64,000 nt of DNA. It comes from Adineta vaga (taxonomy: Eukaryota > Animalia > Rotifera). The stretch's first letter is position 1; every line of letters begins with the position of its first letter. Of this stretch, positions 24,502-41,155 are shown in pieces. The DNA lies in NCBI GenBank assembly GCA_021613535.1, contig CP075495.1, positions 7,192,001-7,256,000 of the forward strand. Direction: 5' to 3'. The notes below the pieces were generated by a model. It searched no databases. It saw only the letters and a program-made list of their open reading frames with translations, and was not told the DNA's origin. The position numbers and the translations under genes are program-made.

Positions 24502-27057
24502 ATGTTAGATAAAATGACAAAATATAAAACTAATCAACATGATGGACAACACGTGAAAAAACATTTGAAATCACAAAAGAAAAAAACAAGTATATCAACA
24601 CTTTAACATTAACATTAGCTTCTTTTTTTTAGTCAAATATAGATCGTATCCTAGAGCGTTTCATTTCTATTCTTTGTCTGTTATATAGACATGTTATTAA
24701 ATCTCTAAGAATACACTTTATAATTAAAATGAACAACTTACTTTCATCGTTGAACATTGCAAATGAGATATTTCTTAGTTCTCGTTAGGTTCAGTACCTA
24801 GGAATGTTATTTAATCTGTCCTTATTAAGAGAATCTCTAATTATTTAATCTTTAAATCAGAAACAAAACAAGGATACTTCTTATCTAATTGTTTCTTTTA
24901 AACCTAGATTTTGTCTTTTTGAAAATCTCTAGCGAGTTAATTCTCATCATTAGTATTATCAGGAATGAAAACATTCTCCAGTCTATATTTAGGTCATCAT
25001 TCTTCAGTAGATTCAGATGACAGTTCGATTGAATTAACTAAAGAACAAGTGAAAGCAGCTTTAACATCTCTCATACCAATTGATAAACAAAATCGAACAG
25101 TTGCCTCTCGTAAACGACGTCGAAAACAATCTATTCATCAATCAATAGAACCTGTAAATAAAAAACATAAACAAATCTATCATGATATCATTTTATCAAA
25201 TACTAATCAATCAGAAACCATGGTTCTTGCTGCAAGTAACTTAAATCATCATCAAATGGTTTGTTTTTTTTTCCTTTAAATTTTCTTATTGAATTCTTTT
25301 CTTATGAATTCTTTAGAAGCAAATGAAAAAATTTGTTCTACTTTTTAATTGTCGTTTATTATTATTAGAAAATTCAACAACATTTAATCCTACAATTACA
25401 CATTTAATTACAGACGAAATTGAACCAAATGATTCTTTAATATGTACATTAACTAAAACGGTTCTTTTCGCCATAGCTCAACATTGTTTTATTCTTTCTT
25501 ATCGATGGATTAGTGAATGTTTAAAACAAAATATGATTATCAATGAAGAACAATATGAAATTGAAGGTGATCATATATTTGCAACAAAACATAATGGACC
25601 ACGTCGATCACGTTTATCGAAACGACCTCTATTGCCATTGAATCATTTTAGTAAGAAATCAATAAGTTACAAAACAGTAAATATTCCTTTTTTATTTTTG
25701 TCTCTTTTAGTTATGATCAAAGGCGATAGTCAACATTTGTTAGAATTAACAAATACAGAATTAGGTGATTTGGCATGGTTAGCTGGAGGAATTTATATTG
25801 AACAGAATCGTTTTCCAAATACAGTTTTTCCTCGACAATGTTTTCTATTAATTGAAGATGGAGATATACGAAACAAAGTAGGGAGAAACATTTAATTTTA
25901 TACAATTAGAAAAAAAAATGTCAGTAGGACAAGATCAAAGACAACTTAATTGTATCGAATTCAAAAGAAATTTGTGTCTAGTAATAAACTGGATGGAAAC
26001 GCTTGATTAGAATCTCTAGTATGCTCTTTATTATTTCGTACAAAGTCATAAGAACAAATAAGCATTTAGTTCCTGGGTAAAATTTTGTTTTTTTCCCATT
26101 TTCAATTGTATTCACTCGATTGCAAGTACACAGTAATTATAAATATTCTAGGAATATTTTGTATGAAGAGATTCTTTTATCAATGATGATTACCTCATTA
26201 TAATGAGCATCAAACTTTTTCCTGTAGCTATTTTCGGATTGTCTATACCATTCAATTCATTAGTTTGTTACTTTTTTTAATAATTACCGAGTACGTTTAT
26301 TATTTGAAAACCTTTTAGCTTCTTTCTTCTTTGAGAATTTCACCCTCGAGAGATAGAGTTATGCAGCGAAAGTTAGAGAGCATAGTCCATAGAGGAGTGA
26401 AGCAGTATAAAAAAATGATCGATAAGTCAGCGTTGTTTATACAATCAAATAGGGTCATCCGTTACTTTTCATGAAAAGTACGAAGAAAGATTTTGCTTCG
26501 TTATTGAAGCGAATCATCATCGATCACGTTCTTTACTCAAAACGAAATATTTACTCATCTCATTTTCCCACTTGCCAAATACGCCAATTGAGTCAAAATC
26601 AAGGTTGAGTTGAAAGAACAGTCACAGGTGTTTTGTTTTTGTGAGTAATTTTAATTATACCAAATAATTTTCGAAATAAATCTTATTTCCATTGATTATG
26701 AGATTAATTCTTCGATCTGCATTTTACCAAAATACTCTATGTATCTTGTTTTATGTGTGAAAAAAAAGAACAATCCTTGGGGGTTTACAGATTTACTAGA
26801 AGAGAACTTGACATGTAAATCCTGATAGAAATCTTCTTTTTGTCTTCTAATTTTCGAGTGTAACGTGTTTTTTGATCGTTTTATATTATATAATCACTAT
26901 ATTTCTCTTCATTTAGAATATGTTTCATCGTTGTATAGATAAAGGTTTGAAATTTCTTCGAAGTGAATGGCTTATTCGTTCCATTGTAGAATATCGTATG
27001 GCCGATATTGTTCAATACCATTGTGATCCATTTGATACCATTGATCGATCTGAATAG
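24502..27057 (+). CDS. Cluster gene D: BRCA1/BARD1-type tandem-BRCT-only protein with a basic NLS; 5 exons
   Basis: Exons ~24502-24589, 24993-25258 (RKRRRK; MVLAASNLNHHQM), 25317-25650 (ITHLITD..ICTLTKTVLFAIA..YRWISECL..YEIEGD..HNGPRRSR), 25711-25877 and 26917-27057 (FLRSEWLIRSIVEY). The first exon is less certain. Confidence 0.75.
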
Positions 27058-28938
27058 ATCGATAAGTTATAATTATTATTTTTTTTTCATTCTAAATGTA
27101 AATATTTCTTGTGTTGCTAATAATCCGGTGAACATGTTTCTAGTTAGTCAGATAGATAACATACAAAACAAAGAAGATTTGATCTATTTTTTTCTCTTTC
27201 ACTTTCTTTCTCGTTTTTCATAATACTATTTTTGTTGAACACTATTACTTGTTGCTGTTTGTTTGTTTTTTGCTAGATGTTTCTAAATAAATAAAGATAT
27301 TTTTCATTTCTAGATATATTTTTGTGTGTAAAAATTTCTTTGATTTATTATTTAGATAAACCGATTTACACTTTGTTTTCTGATCGAAAGATTACGCACA
27401 TATGCTCATCATCAATAAACAACAGAAACTCTTTTAAGGTTAGAGCATTATTTTTGTCATTTTTACCGTTATTCTCTGTTTTTCTGCTTATTCTTTAGAA
27501 TTCTTTAGTCTGTGCATACGCCCTCGCTGCTTCGCTCTTAGCTTGTCTGAAGTTTTTCATCGACATGATTTCCTTCTTTTGACGAGTTCGGAAATCTAGC
27601 GGTGCTCTTTTTAGTCTCCATGTGTATGTTGAATGGAAAGCAAGACAAGAAAAGAAAAGCAAAGCAAAAGGAGAGAAAGAAAAGAAAAAATGAAGAAAGA
27701 AACGAATGTAGACAAGTCGACAAACAGACAGTAGAGAACCTAAAAGGAAAAAAAAGAAAGAAAAAGAAAGTAACGAAAAAAGAAATTTTGACCTCATTCT
27801 TCATGCTTTTTTTTCTTCTCTCTCTTACAATTTATAAGAACGAACTTCGACTCTTATCAGTTCGTATGTTGTTTGAGTGTAATAGATTTCTATTGTTTAA
27901 ACAAAAAATCCATATACTTATTTAGAAATAAATAATAAGTACCGATTGATTAGAAGAGCAAGCTTAAATATATTTCTTTCTATTTTTTTTCCTTTTTTTT
28001 GTATGTGTATGTGTTCGATACCAGAGAAAAAAACAACTAGTACTCTCTTTTCTTTCTTATTCTTTCGTATTAGACAGATACATTTTAAGTTAAAGAATAT
28101 AATAATAAGTGAGTAGAAATAAGAAAAGAAAAATGTGTTGTCTTCAATAGCATATTAGAAAGAAATTAATAAGTTCGTAAGAAAAAGAAATGTATACATT
28201 TTTTTGAATACAAATTCTTCCTATTGAAGAGAGATCAGGTGAGACAATTATTCTTTTATATTATACGTCTGGTGTTTTTCTTTTGGTAAAACTAATATGA
28301 AAAAAAACGAGAAAAAAACTAAGAAGAAACAGAATAGAAGAAGAAAAAAATTCATTCATACTTACATATTAGGTATCTATTGGATGGAAACTGACAGACG
28401 TTCTTTGTTCTGATTGACATACGGGTATACCCGATTTTACTTTTTTTATTAAGGGAATATGCTTTAGGTCTTAAGCTATTTTTACTTCTTTAGGTTTTTC
28501 TTATTTTTATGTTAAAGAAAACTTATTTACTTCCGAACATCTGTTTTCACGTTTCATACACTTACATTGGTTTTGTTAAATATCAAAAATAAATTGTTTA
28601 ATTTAATTAGTTCATATGACAAGAAAAAAGATCATTTTGCATTCCTAGGATTCTTTTATTAGAAGTCTATGTCTAGATATTTTGATGTTTTCTTTCTTTT
28701 TCTAGACTATACTCATAAGATAGTCAGTAATTTACTTTGAAAGGTTTGATGTGAGAAAAGTTGTAGAAGTAGGAAACATTTTATTTCATGTATTTTTTTA
28801 TCATGCTTTTATAGTTAAGAACATTCAACTCAAGTTTTACCAAGAATGCTATGTAGGCGAATAAAATGTTCATGCGTATATTAGGAGGTGTCATTTGATA
28901 TTCTTTATTTCCGTTTGTTATCATCACGCTACTATCGG

Positions 28939-29077
28939 TGACGTAAAAACTTAGAAAAGAAAAAGTTTGATTTATTATTATTATTATTATTACGACACCG
29001 GGAAAGACAACGGAAAAAATGCCACCTATTTCCTATTTACTTGACACGTTTAGCTTCTTTATCGTTGAGTGACGTCT
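28939..29077 (+). promoter_or_regulatory. Two near-consensus CRE sites upstream of SIK
   Basis: TGACGTAA at 28939-28946 and TGACGTCT at 29070-29077, each 7/8 to TGACGTCA, 290-430 bp before the SIK ATG. Confidence 0.4.
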
Positions 29078-29365
29078 TCATCAGCGGTTTACGTCCATTC
29101 GCCCTCATGGAATTCTATACGCAAATAAACACAAAAAACTCCATATTAAAAACCTACGATATCTCATGTACAACTACTTTATTTTCTTCTTCTTCTTCTT
29201 ATTCATCAACAGTTTTGTTTTGACTAAAAAACATTCACCTTCTCTTTTCTCTTCTCTTGAAATACACATGTACATTTGAAATAAAGTTTGTTTCGAATAT
29301 GTCACAGAATGTACAACACTATGACATGTTTCATGCATTTTCATTTTTGTTAAATTTTACTTTAG

Positions 29366-33434
<4,069 letters not shown>

Positions 33435-34223
33435 CTGCTCAACATTTGCCTATCCCAACGACGACTTCTTCTTACGTACCCTGATCTGATGAATCTTATT
33501 TGTTTATGTAAATATACATATTTCAAGTATTTCTTTTCTCGCCGGTGATCTTCTTTGATAGTGAATTGTTCTCTTCTTCTTCTTCTTCTTCTTTTAGTCG
33601 TAGCAAATAAAAAGATAATATTTTTGTAGATAATTCTCTTACGGTGAAAGAGTATCATTCACATAAAACTAAATACATATATATTTTCCTTATTCTTATT
33701 GTACAGTTTTTTTCCTCCTTTTTTTCCGTTGGTTTGTATTTTCAATGTTAGTCTGCACAAGCAGTTCAAAAAAAAAGCGTGTTTATATTCATATATTTGC
33801 GTTTCATGTAACCGGTTTCGTTTGTTTATTTGTTTTCTTTTCTTGTTTTTCAAGTAACATTGTATTTCGATTCTTACATTCTTTTTTTCCCTTTCTTTTT
33901 TGAAACAGTTCATTCATGTGCTTCGTTGACTGTATAGACATGGAAAAAAAGAATCTTTTTTCGAACTTCGAAAGAGAAACAAATAGAGTTATAATGAAAG
34001 TGAAAGAAAAAAAGAATAATATCATTCTCTTGGAAAAAACCATTCATGCTGACTCATCTCTTTCTTATTCGTTTACAAGTTTTGTTTTATGTCGTTCTCC
34101 ATGTGCAAACACCTGATTCGCTCACGAATATATTGAATGACTGACTTTGTTTTTATCGAAAAAGACACTTTGTCCGAGAAGAGAAATATCAAATTTCTAT
34201 TTTTCTAGATTTATATCGTTGAC

Positions 34224-35449
34224 ATGAGGACAATCACTGAGGCAGATATACTTCCTGTTCGTCCATTAGAAGGTGCTCGAACCTCAACAGAGTCTATGTC
34301 CACAAATAAAACCATCTCACCACATCTTAGTCGATCAAATAGTAATAATAGTATACAAGAAAGTGTTACAGAGGATTATATTGTTGTACCATCTTCACCG
34401 TCATCAATATTTCCACCTGATACAAGGTAGTTTATCAAACTATACAGTCGAAATAATTTCTGTTTTCTATTTCAGTTCTGAGGAAATTTTGGAAGACAAT
34501 CTATTCGATAATGAAGATGAAATTGATTATTTAACAGAATTTGTATGTCCTACCGATGATGAACATGAATTATCCTATTCTTATGATGATGATGAAAATA
34601 ATGATGACATATTTCTTAAAAGTCATCTTACTAAACAACAACTCGATGCTACTGATCAATTTCATGATAAGAACTATCAACGACATAAACGTTCACATAA
34701 GAAAATGAATGCACAACGTCAGATTAAAACTAAACATGTCAAATCGATAAAGATTAAATCACACAACAAACATTTGTATATACATCATCGTCTAGCAAAA
34801 AAAGTTGTTCTTGATGAACCAAGTTTACATTGCATTCCAGGATCTCAATCAGTTCGATTATATACATTCGAAGAACTTCGTTCTATTGTTTATCAACATC
34901 GTCATGGATATTATTCATTATATACTGATCATTCCACATCCTCAAGAAAACCTCGACATATAAAATCAGATCAGGCGATCTATGTTGATGAATCTCAAAC
35001 TAATTCATCTGCATATCAATTTCGAGAATATACTTTAAATGAATATAATATTCCCGATGAACCATCTTATGATGATGTAATGGTTACTTTTCTTCTTGAA
35101 ATGCAAAATCGTGATCTGTAACTATCTAAATATATACTGTTGCCTTTTTCTTTGATTCATTTATCTTTCCTTCTATTTCAGTTCACCCGAAGATTATGAA
35201 ATGTTATTACGACTTGATGAACGTATCCAACGAAAAACAGTTCATACAAGCATCTTAGATACACTTCCAACGGTTACGGTGAATGAAATTCATTTAGATG
35301 ATCATTGTACAATTTGTATGGAAAATTATACTCTTGGTCAAAAATTAAAATTATTACCATGTACACATGTCTTTCATTGTGGTTGTATTGAAACATATTT
35401 AAAAGAATTTTCTATTCAATGTCCATTAGATAATTTACCATTAGTATAA
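34224..35449 (+). CDS. RING-H2 E3 ubiquitin ligase (ZSWIM2-C-terminus-like), 3 exons
   Basis: Exons ~34224-34426, 34476-35117, 35182-35449. LLEMQNRDLSPEDYEMLLRLDE precedes CTICME..LPCTHVFHCGCIETYL..CPLD (C3H2C2D). Confidence 0.85.
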
Positions 35450-35972
35450 CTGATAAAAATCATTTTCATTTGTTTTCTAATATTTTTGCAAAATCTTTTT
35501 TTTTCCTTCATCAGAAGTTTTCTATTCATCATGTATTATATTTTTCTCCTTCTCCTGTATTCTTATAATTTATTTTGGATACTGTATGATAATATTCTTC
35601 TCTTTTTTTCTCTTCGAACAAAAAGAATATATACGAGAACTCGGTGTGATAACATTACCAAATTTTCGAATTCATTGTTTTATGTCTATTAACTAATTTC
35701 AAATGAAAAATAATAAAAATGAAATAGATTATTTTTGCTAATCAATTATAATTCAGATCTAGACGTTTGCATTTATTCATTAACCTCTCGAAAGGGTTTA
35801 TAGCGCGATCATCATGTGGCGTCCTCTTATGAACGTCTAATATACTGGTGAAAAGATAATTTCAAAGTAAAACGATCTACCCATTACTTTCGATCTGTTC
35901 GTTCATTCATTGTTATTTTCATTTATTCAGCTAGTTGTCTCTAATATTCATTCTAAATTGATTGCAACTCAA

Positions 35973-38900
35973 ATGTCAGATCTTGCAGTAAGATATTAAT
36001 TTATACTTTTTGTCATTAAACGATTACATCTTCTAGGAAACATTTCAAAATGATATTTCTCAAATATTCAATGAACGTGGTCTTCTTCGAACGGAATTAA
36101 TTGCTAAAGAAAAACTTCTGACTGATGCTATATGTAATTTCTTACTTGTTTTTTTTTGTTCAGTAAATATTTATTGAAATATCTTTAGTACAAAAAAATA
36201 CTCTTACTCAAAGTTTAAAACAACTTCGTGGCGAACGAGATGATTTATTTGTGAACAATCAAAAATTGAAACAAGAAAAACTCGCTGCTGAAGTTCGTTT
36301 TTCTTATTATTTCGAAAGAAGAAACAAAAACAAAGGGAAATATATTTTTTTAGGCAGAGAAAAGTGCGAGTACAATACATGTAACAATACTTAAAGAAGA
36401 GAAAACTTTATTAGAACAGAAATTATATCAAATAACTCAACATTATGAAGAATCACGTATACAAATCGAAGACTTAAATCGACAAAATTCAACTCTTCGA
36501 AATCAAAAACAAAGTCAACATTCAATACCTATTCAACAAACAAATGATCATCGTCATGAATTAGATGAAGTAGGCCCACAATTAAATTGATGATTATGAA
36601 TATGTATAGATTTGTTCTCTAGTTAAGAAAACGAATTCTACAATTGGAACAAGCACGAGAAAGTCTTGTAGAAAGACATAGACATGAATTGCAACTAGTC
36701 AAGGTAAATAAATAGAAAATGAAACTTAATGGAGTAATTTATCTTTCTTTCTATTTTATTTAGAATGAATCTGATGCAAAAGATGAACAGATTCATAGTC
36801 TTGAACAGCTACTTTCTCAATATGAACAAAAAATTGAAGTAGATCATAGACGTAAGATGAGATTCTATGTTAGAATATGTACAGAATTATGTTTATTTAG
36901 ATACAAGAGAATTGGAACAACGAATTCAAGATATAAGTCAATCATGTCGATCTCAAATGCCTGATAAATGTAAGATTTTCAAGAAAATACATTTCATATT
37001 TTTTATATACATAACGTTAAATTATAACAGGACAGGTTGAGATTTAGAATTATAAAATCTAATGTTTTGTTTTAGTGACACTTACAAATGAAGAATTACG
37101 TACAATTGAAACGGATCCTAATGGTGCATCGATTCTTGCTATTTATCGTTCATCTAAAAGTTTATTTGATGTAAGATAAATCTTTCTTTTTGTTTATCTT
37201 TAACTAATTTTATTTGTTTCATAGATCCTTGTCGACTATGCACGTTTACAAAAACAGAATGAAACTTTAATAGCTCAGAATGAAAAAGTCGAAACGCAAC
37301 GACGTTACAATGAAAATGTATGTTGAAAAGATTTTCGATGATGTTCAGTTCAATCTTATTCTTTATTTCACTTTCTCATAGCATTTACATCAGATTCAAT
37401 CAGATTTACAACAATTCAAAGTTCAAAATGAACGTTTACAATTCTTAGCTGATAGTCGTCAAACAGAATATGAACAAGCTATTCGTGATAAACAAACATT
37501 ATTTAAAGAAAAATTGGATTTAGATAGACAATTACAACAAAAACTTCGAGAATTCGATGATTGTTTAGATGATCGAAATAATATGCGTGCACAAATATTT
37601 AATTTACTTGAAAATGGTAATGTTAAAGGTCATTTACGCTCATTACCATCGATGGTTGATAATGAAATTCTTGTTCGACAAGGTGTTGTAACATTTAATA
37701 GTATCGAAGAACTTTATGAACAGTATATGAAAACATTAGCAGATATACGTGAAACAGATCGATTTATTCTTGAATTAGAAGATACACATTCCAAAGAAAT
37801 AACAGAAATAACTCAACGAGAATTTCATTTAAAAGAAAATCTTGAACAACTTCGTTTGAAACTTGATCAAACAAGAACAGATATTAATATTCAATCATTA
37901 GCTAAACAAGTACTCGATCGAGAACAACAACAACATGTACCAAAAATTTTAACAAATACAACTAGTATACAAACAGATTTTAATCTCTATGATTTGAAGT
38001 TACTCGAAGATAATGTACAACGATTACAACGAATTTTAAATGAAAAAGAAATGGAATTAACTAGAATGCATGATAATATGAAGTAAGTTATTCGATAAAG
38101 ACAAGCATGATTTTCGAAGTATTTGAATCATAGCTAGTTTTATTAATCTCTCGTATTATTTAGACTTGTTCAACAAAAATTAGATCATGCTCAAAACCAA
38201 AACTTTGCTGATAAACAAAAAGTACTTATGATTTAATCTCTTCTTTTGTCATATCAATTTTTCTTTTAGATCGATGAATTTCAACGTATTGTTGATGAAA
38301 GTTTTCAACGTTCCAATTCACTTCTCGTTGACGTTCAAACATCTGAATCCATATGTGAACAACTTCGAGAACAAAATCGACTCATTCAATATGAATACGA
38401 TCAATTACTAGCTGTAAAATCGAATCTTTCGTATAATTTTCTTATACTTTATTTCGTTCTTTTTTTTTTCTTTCTAGACTGTATCCAATTTGAAAGCTGA
38501 AATTGATAAACTTCAAATCGAAAACCAACAAATGAGTCAATTACAAGAACAAGTTCTTAATCGTATTAAACAAGATATCGAAGTTAAAACAAATAGTCAG
38601 GAAGAAAATCTTCTCAATACTCGTTTACAAGAATCTGTTGAAGAATTAAATGTAAAAATCCATTTGTTCTGAAACATATGACTATTATCTATTTCTTTCT
38701 TATATATTCTTAGTCAATTATGAAAGATTGTGTTAAACAAACAGAATTAACGAATGGTACACCGGCACATATTGCTAATTTAACAAAATTGGAAATTCTC
38801 TATCGTCAATTACAACAACGGCATCAGTACGATCTTGAACAACATTTTGCTATAACTGAATCATTAAAAATCAAAGCAAAAGATGCTCAAACAGATTTAA

Positions 38901-40791
38901 ATAAAGTTGAACGACAATGTGAAGAAATGCGATTGAAATTTGATGAAGAACAAATGAAAACAGCAGCAAAAGTAAGGATCGCTATTGTTTAAGGTCAATC
39001 TTTTTTCATTGTTTTCTTCAAAAGATGCTTGAACTTGAAAGTAAATTACGTAATGCTGATACAACAACAGTTTTAACACGTTTATTACCATCAGCCACAC
39101 TTGAAAATCGTTTGAAAGAAGAAGAAGAACGTACACAACAATTACGAAGCTGGACAAATAAATTAACTGAGAAAATTGAAAATATTCAAAAAGTAAAGAT
39201 TCTTTTTGTTTTTCATTTATCTTGGAGTTGAATGTAACCGATCTTCCTATTTTTCATTTGTTTAGCAAATGGCAACGGATAAAAAAGAATATGAAGAGAA
39301 AATGGAAGAAATGCGTAACGGTATGAATTTAAAAACCATCAGGAAAAGATGTTTTGAATTATTCGGATTATTTTTTTTAGTATTGAGAGATAGTCGAAAT
39401 GAATATGATGCTGCTGAAAAACGTTTGGAAGCTGCCCAAGAAGAACAACAAAAATGTTTGAATGAATTTAAAGAAAAAGTAAATGAGTTGATAGATCGAT
39501 TTTATTCCTTTATGATAATATCAAATATTCATTTCTAGGAAGAAGCATTAGAAATGGAAATCTTTAAATTAAAAACTGAATTGGATACATCACAAGCAAC
39601 CAATTCATCATTAAAAGAAACTATAGCAATGAAAGAAAATAATATTCGAATTTTACATGAACGTATTCTTGATGTAAGGGTTAATATGAAAGTTCTTGAT
39701 TGTTATGCTATTTTCTTTTGCTATTAGTCGGAAACCAAAATGGTCAATATAGAAAAAGAATTTTTTACATTAAAAGAAAAATATGCTCGACAAACGAAAG
39801 AACATGATTTACCTATCAGGTAATTAAGAAGAAAATTTGTCATTCTTTTCACAAAATAAATCCTGATTTTGCATAATAGTGAACCTCCTTCACCTATCGT
39901 CACCCAACAAGATCTGGTAAGAATTAAATTTACGATAGTGATTTATCTATCTACTTTTTGGATCTTTCTTTTGTTTTTTTAGAGTATCGATGATAATTCA
40001 TTGGATGCTGCTGTTGAACTAAAAACTCCATCGAAACGTCGTCGAATTGCGTAAGTTCATTTTTTATTGAATTCATTTGATTAGAAATTCGAGTTCTAAA
40101 TGAAATATTAAGTTCACATTACAAAGGTAGAATAGTCATTGAAGATATGAACTTATATTAACAAAAGTCTAGCAATTAAGAAACATATTATTATCATTTT
40201 TCTAGTTCTTCAAATGAACCTACACCTTCAAGACTTCGTGCTGTAAGTTATTTTTTGTCAATCATACTTTTTCTGATTTATTATTCTATGGGGATTCATT
40301 AGATGCGTTCTCAAAGTGTCGATTGTCAATCAACACAAAATGATGGTGATGAAGCAGTAGATGGTAATGAATAATTTGCTTGATGTTCTCATCAATTATT
40401 TCAATTATTTCAATAGATAATGATGATGCCATGTCAACTTGTTCAGAACCACCATCAGCAAAAAAACGAAAAGTATATCATACTAGGAAAAATATCTATA
40501 CGTTTGATTATTTGAATATTATTTAGCGTCGTGCAAATGAATTAACAACATTACGATTACCAGCTGTTGACGAAGAAGGAGATAATGATACGAGTACAAC
40601 TTCTCGAGGTAAGACACAATCATTTCTTGTTTCTTTTCTTTTATATAATTTTCTATTGAATAGGAGCTTCAGCAATAACTCCTACATATAATTTACGTTC
40701 ACGAACGAAACGTTTACCAAAACGTATGTATTTATTTTTCTCATGAATAAATTCTTACATATTTTGAACATTTATTTCAGAAGAAAATTAA
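35973..40791 (+). CDS. Long coiled-coil protein with a basic, S/TP-rich C-terminal tail; more than 20 exons; family unknown
   Basis: A continuous chain of GT-AG exons encodes E/Q/K/L heptad-rich sequence (ORFs 37514, 38490, 38720, 39025, 39269). The tail has KTPSKRRR, PPSAKKRK and TPTYNLRSRTKR. TAA at 40789-40791. Confidence 0.7.
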
Positions 40792-41155
40792 GTTAGTACA
40801 TTAGATTTGCTAAGCTCTGAACGCTCTGAAATAATTCTGTTTAGTTTTTATTCATTATCTAATTCAATTTTTGTTTTTCTTCTAGTTCAACCCAATCAAA
40901 CAACATAAATTCTTATTCAATGTTTATTGTTTTATTTGAAAACTTTATTCTTTCACACTTCATCTTTTTTCTTCAAATATTTGTGCATGTTTGATTACAA
41001 AAGAAGAAGAAAATTGACAGACAGACAGACCAACAAGAAAAAGAAGGAGATAAAACGCAGTTCTGTGTATATTTTGTAAAGAACATAGTGTATTTCTTCT
41101 GTTCTCATTATGTAATGGTTTATATAAGAAAAATAAAAAATATCAATTATTTGTC

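Noticed and set aside
25878-26916. 1-kb intron of gene D as a possible transposon insertion
   Set aside because: No TIRs, target-site duplication or transposase remnant could be identified by eye.
1-27057. POLH plus BRCT genes as a DNA-repair gene neighbourhood
   Set aside because: They are more than 20 kb apart with unrelated genes between, so proximity is probably coincidental.
27495-27925. Overlapping Phe-rich and Lys-rich ORFs on both strands
   Set aside because: Artefacts of A/G-rich simple sequence upstream of SIK.
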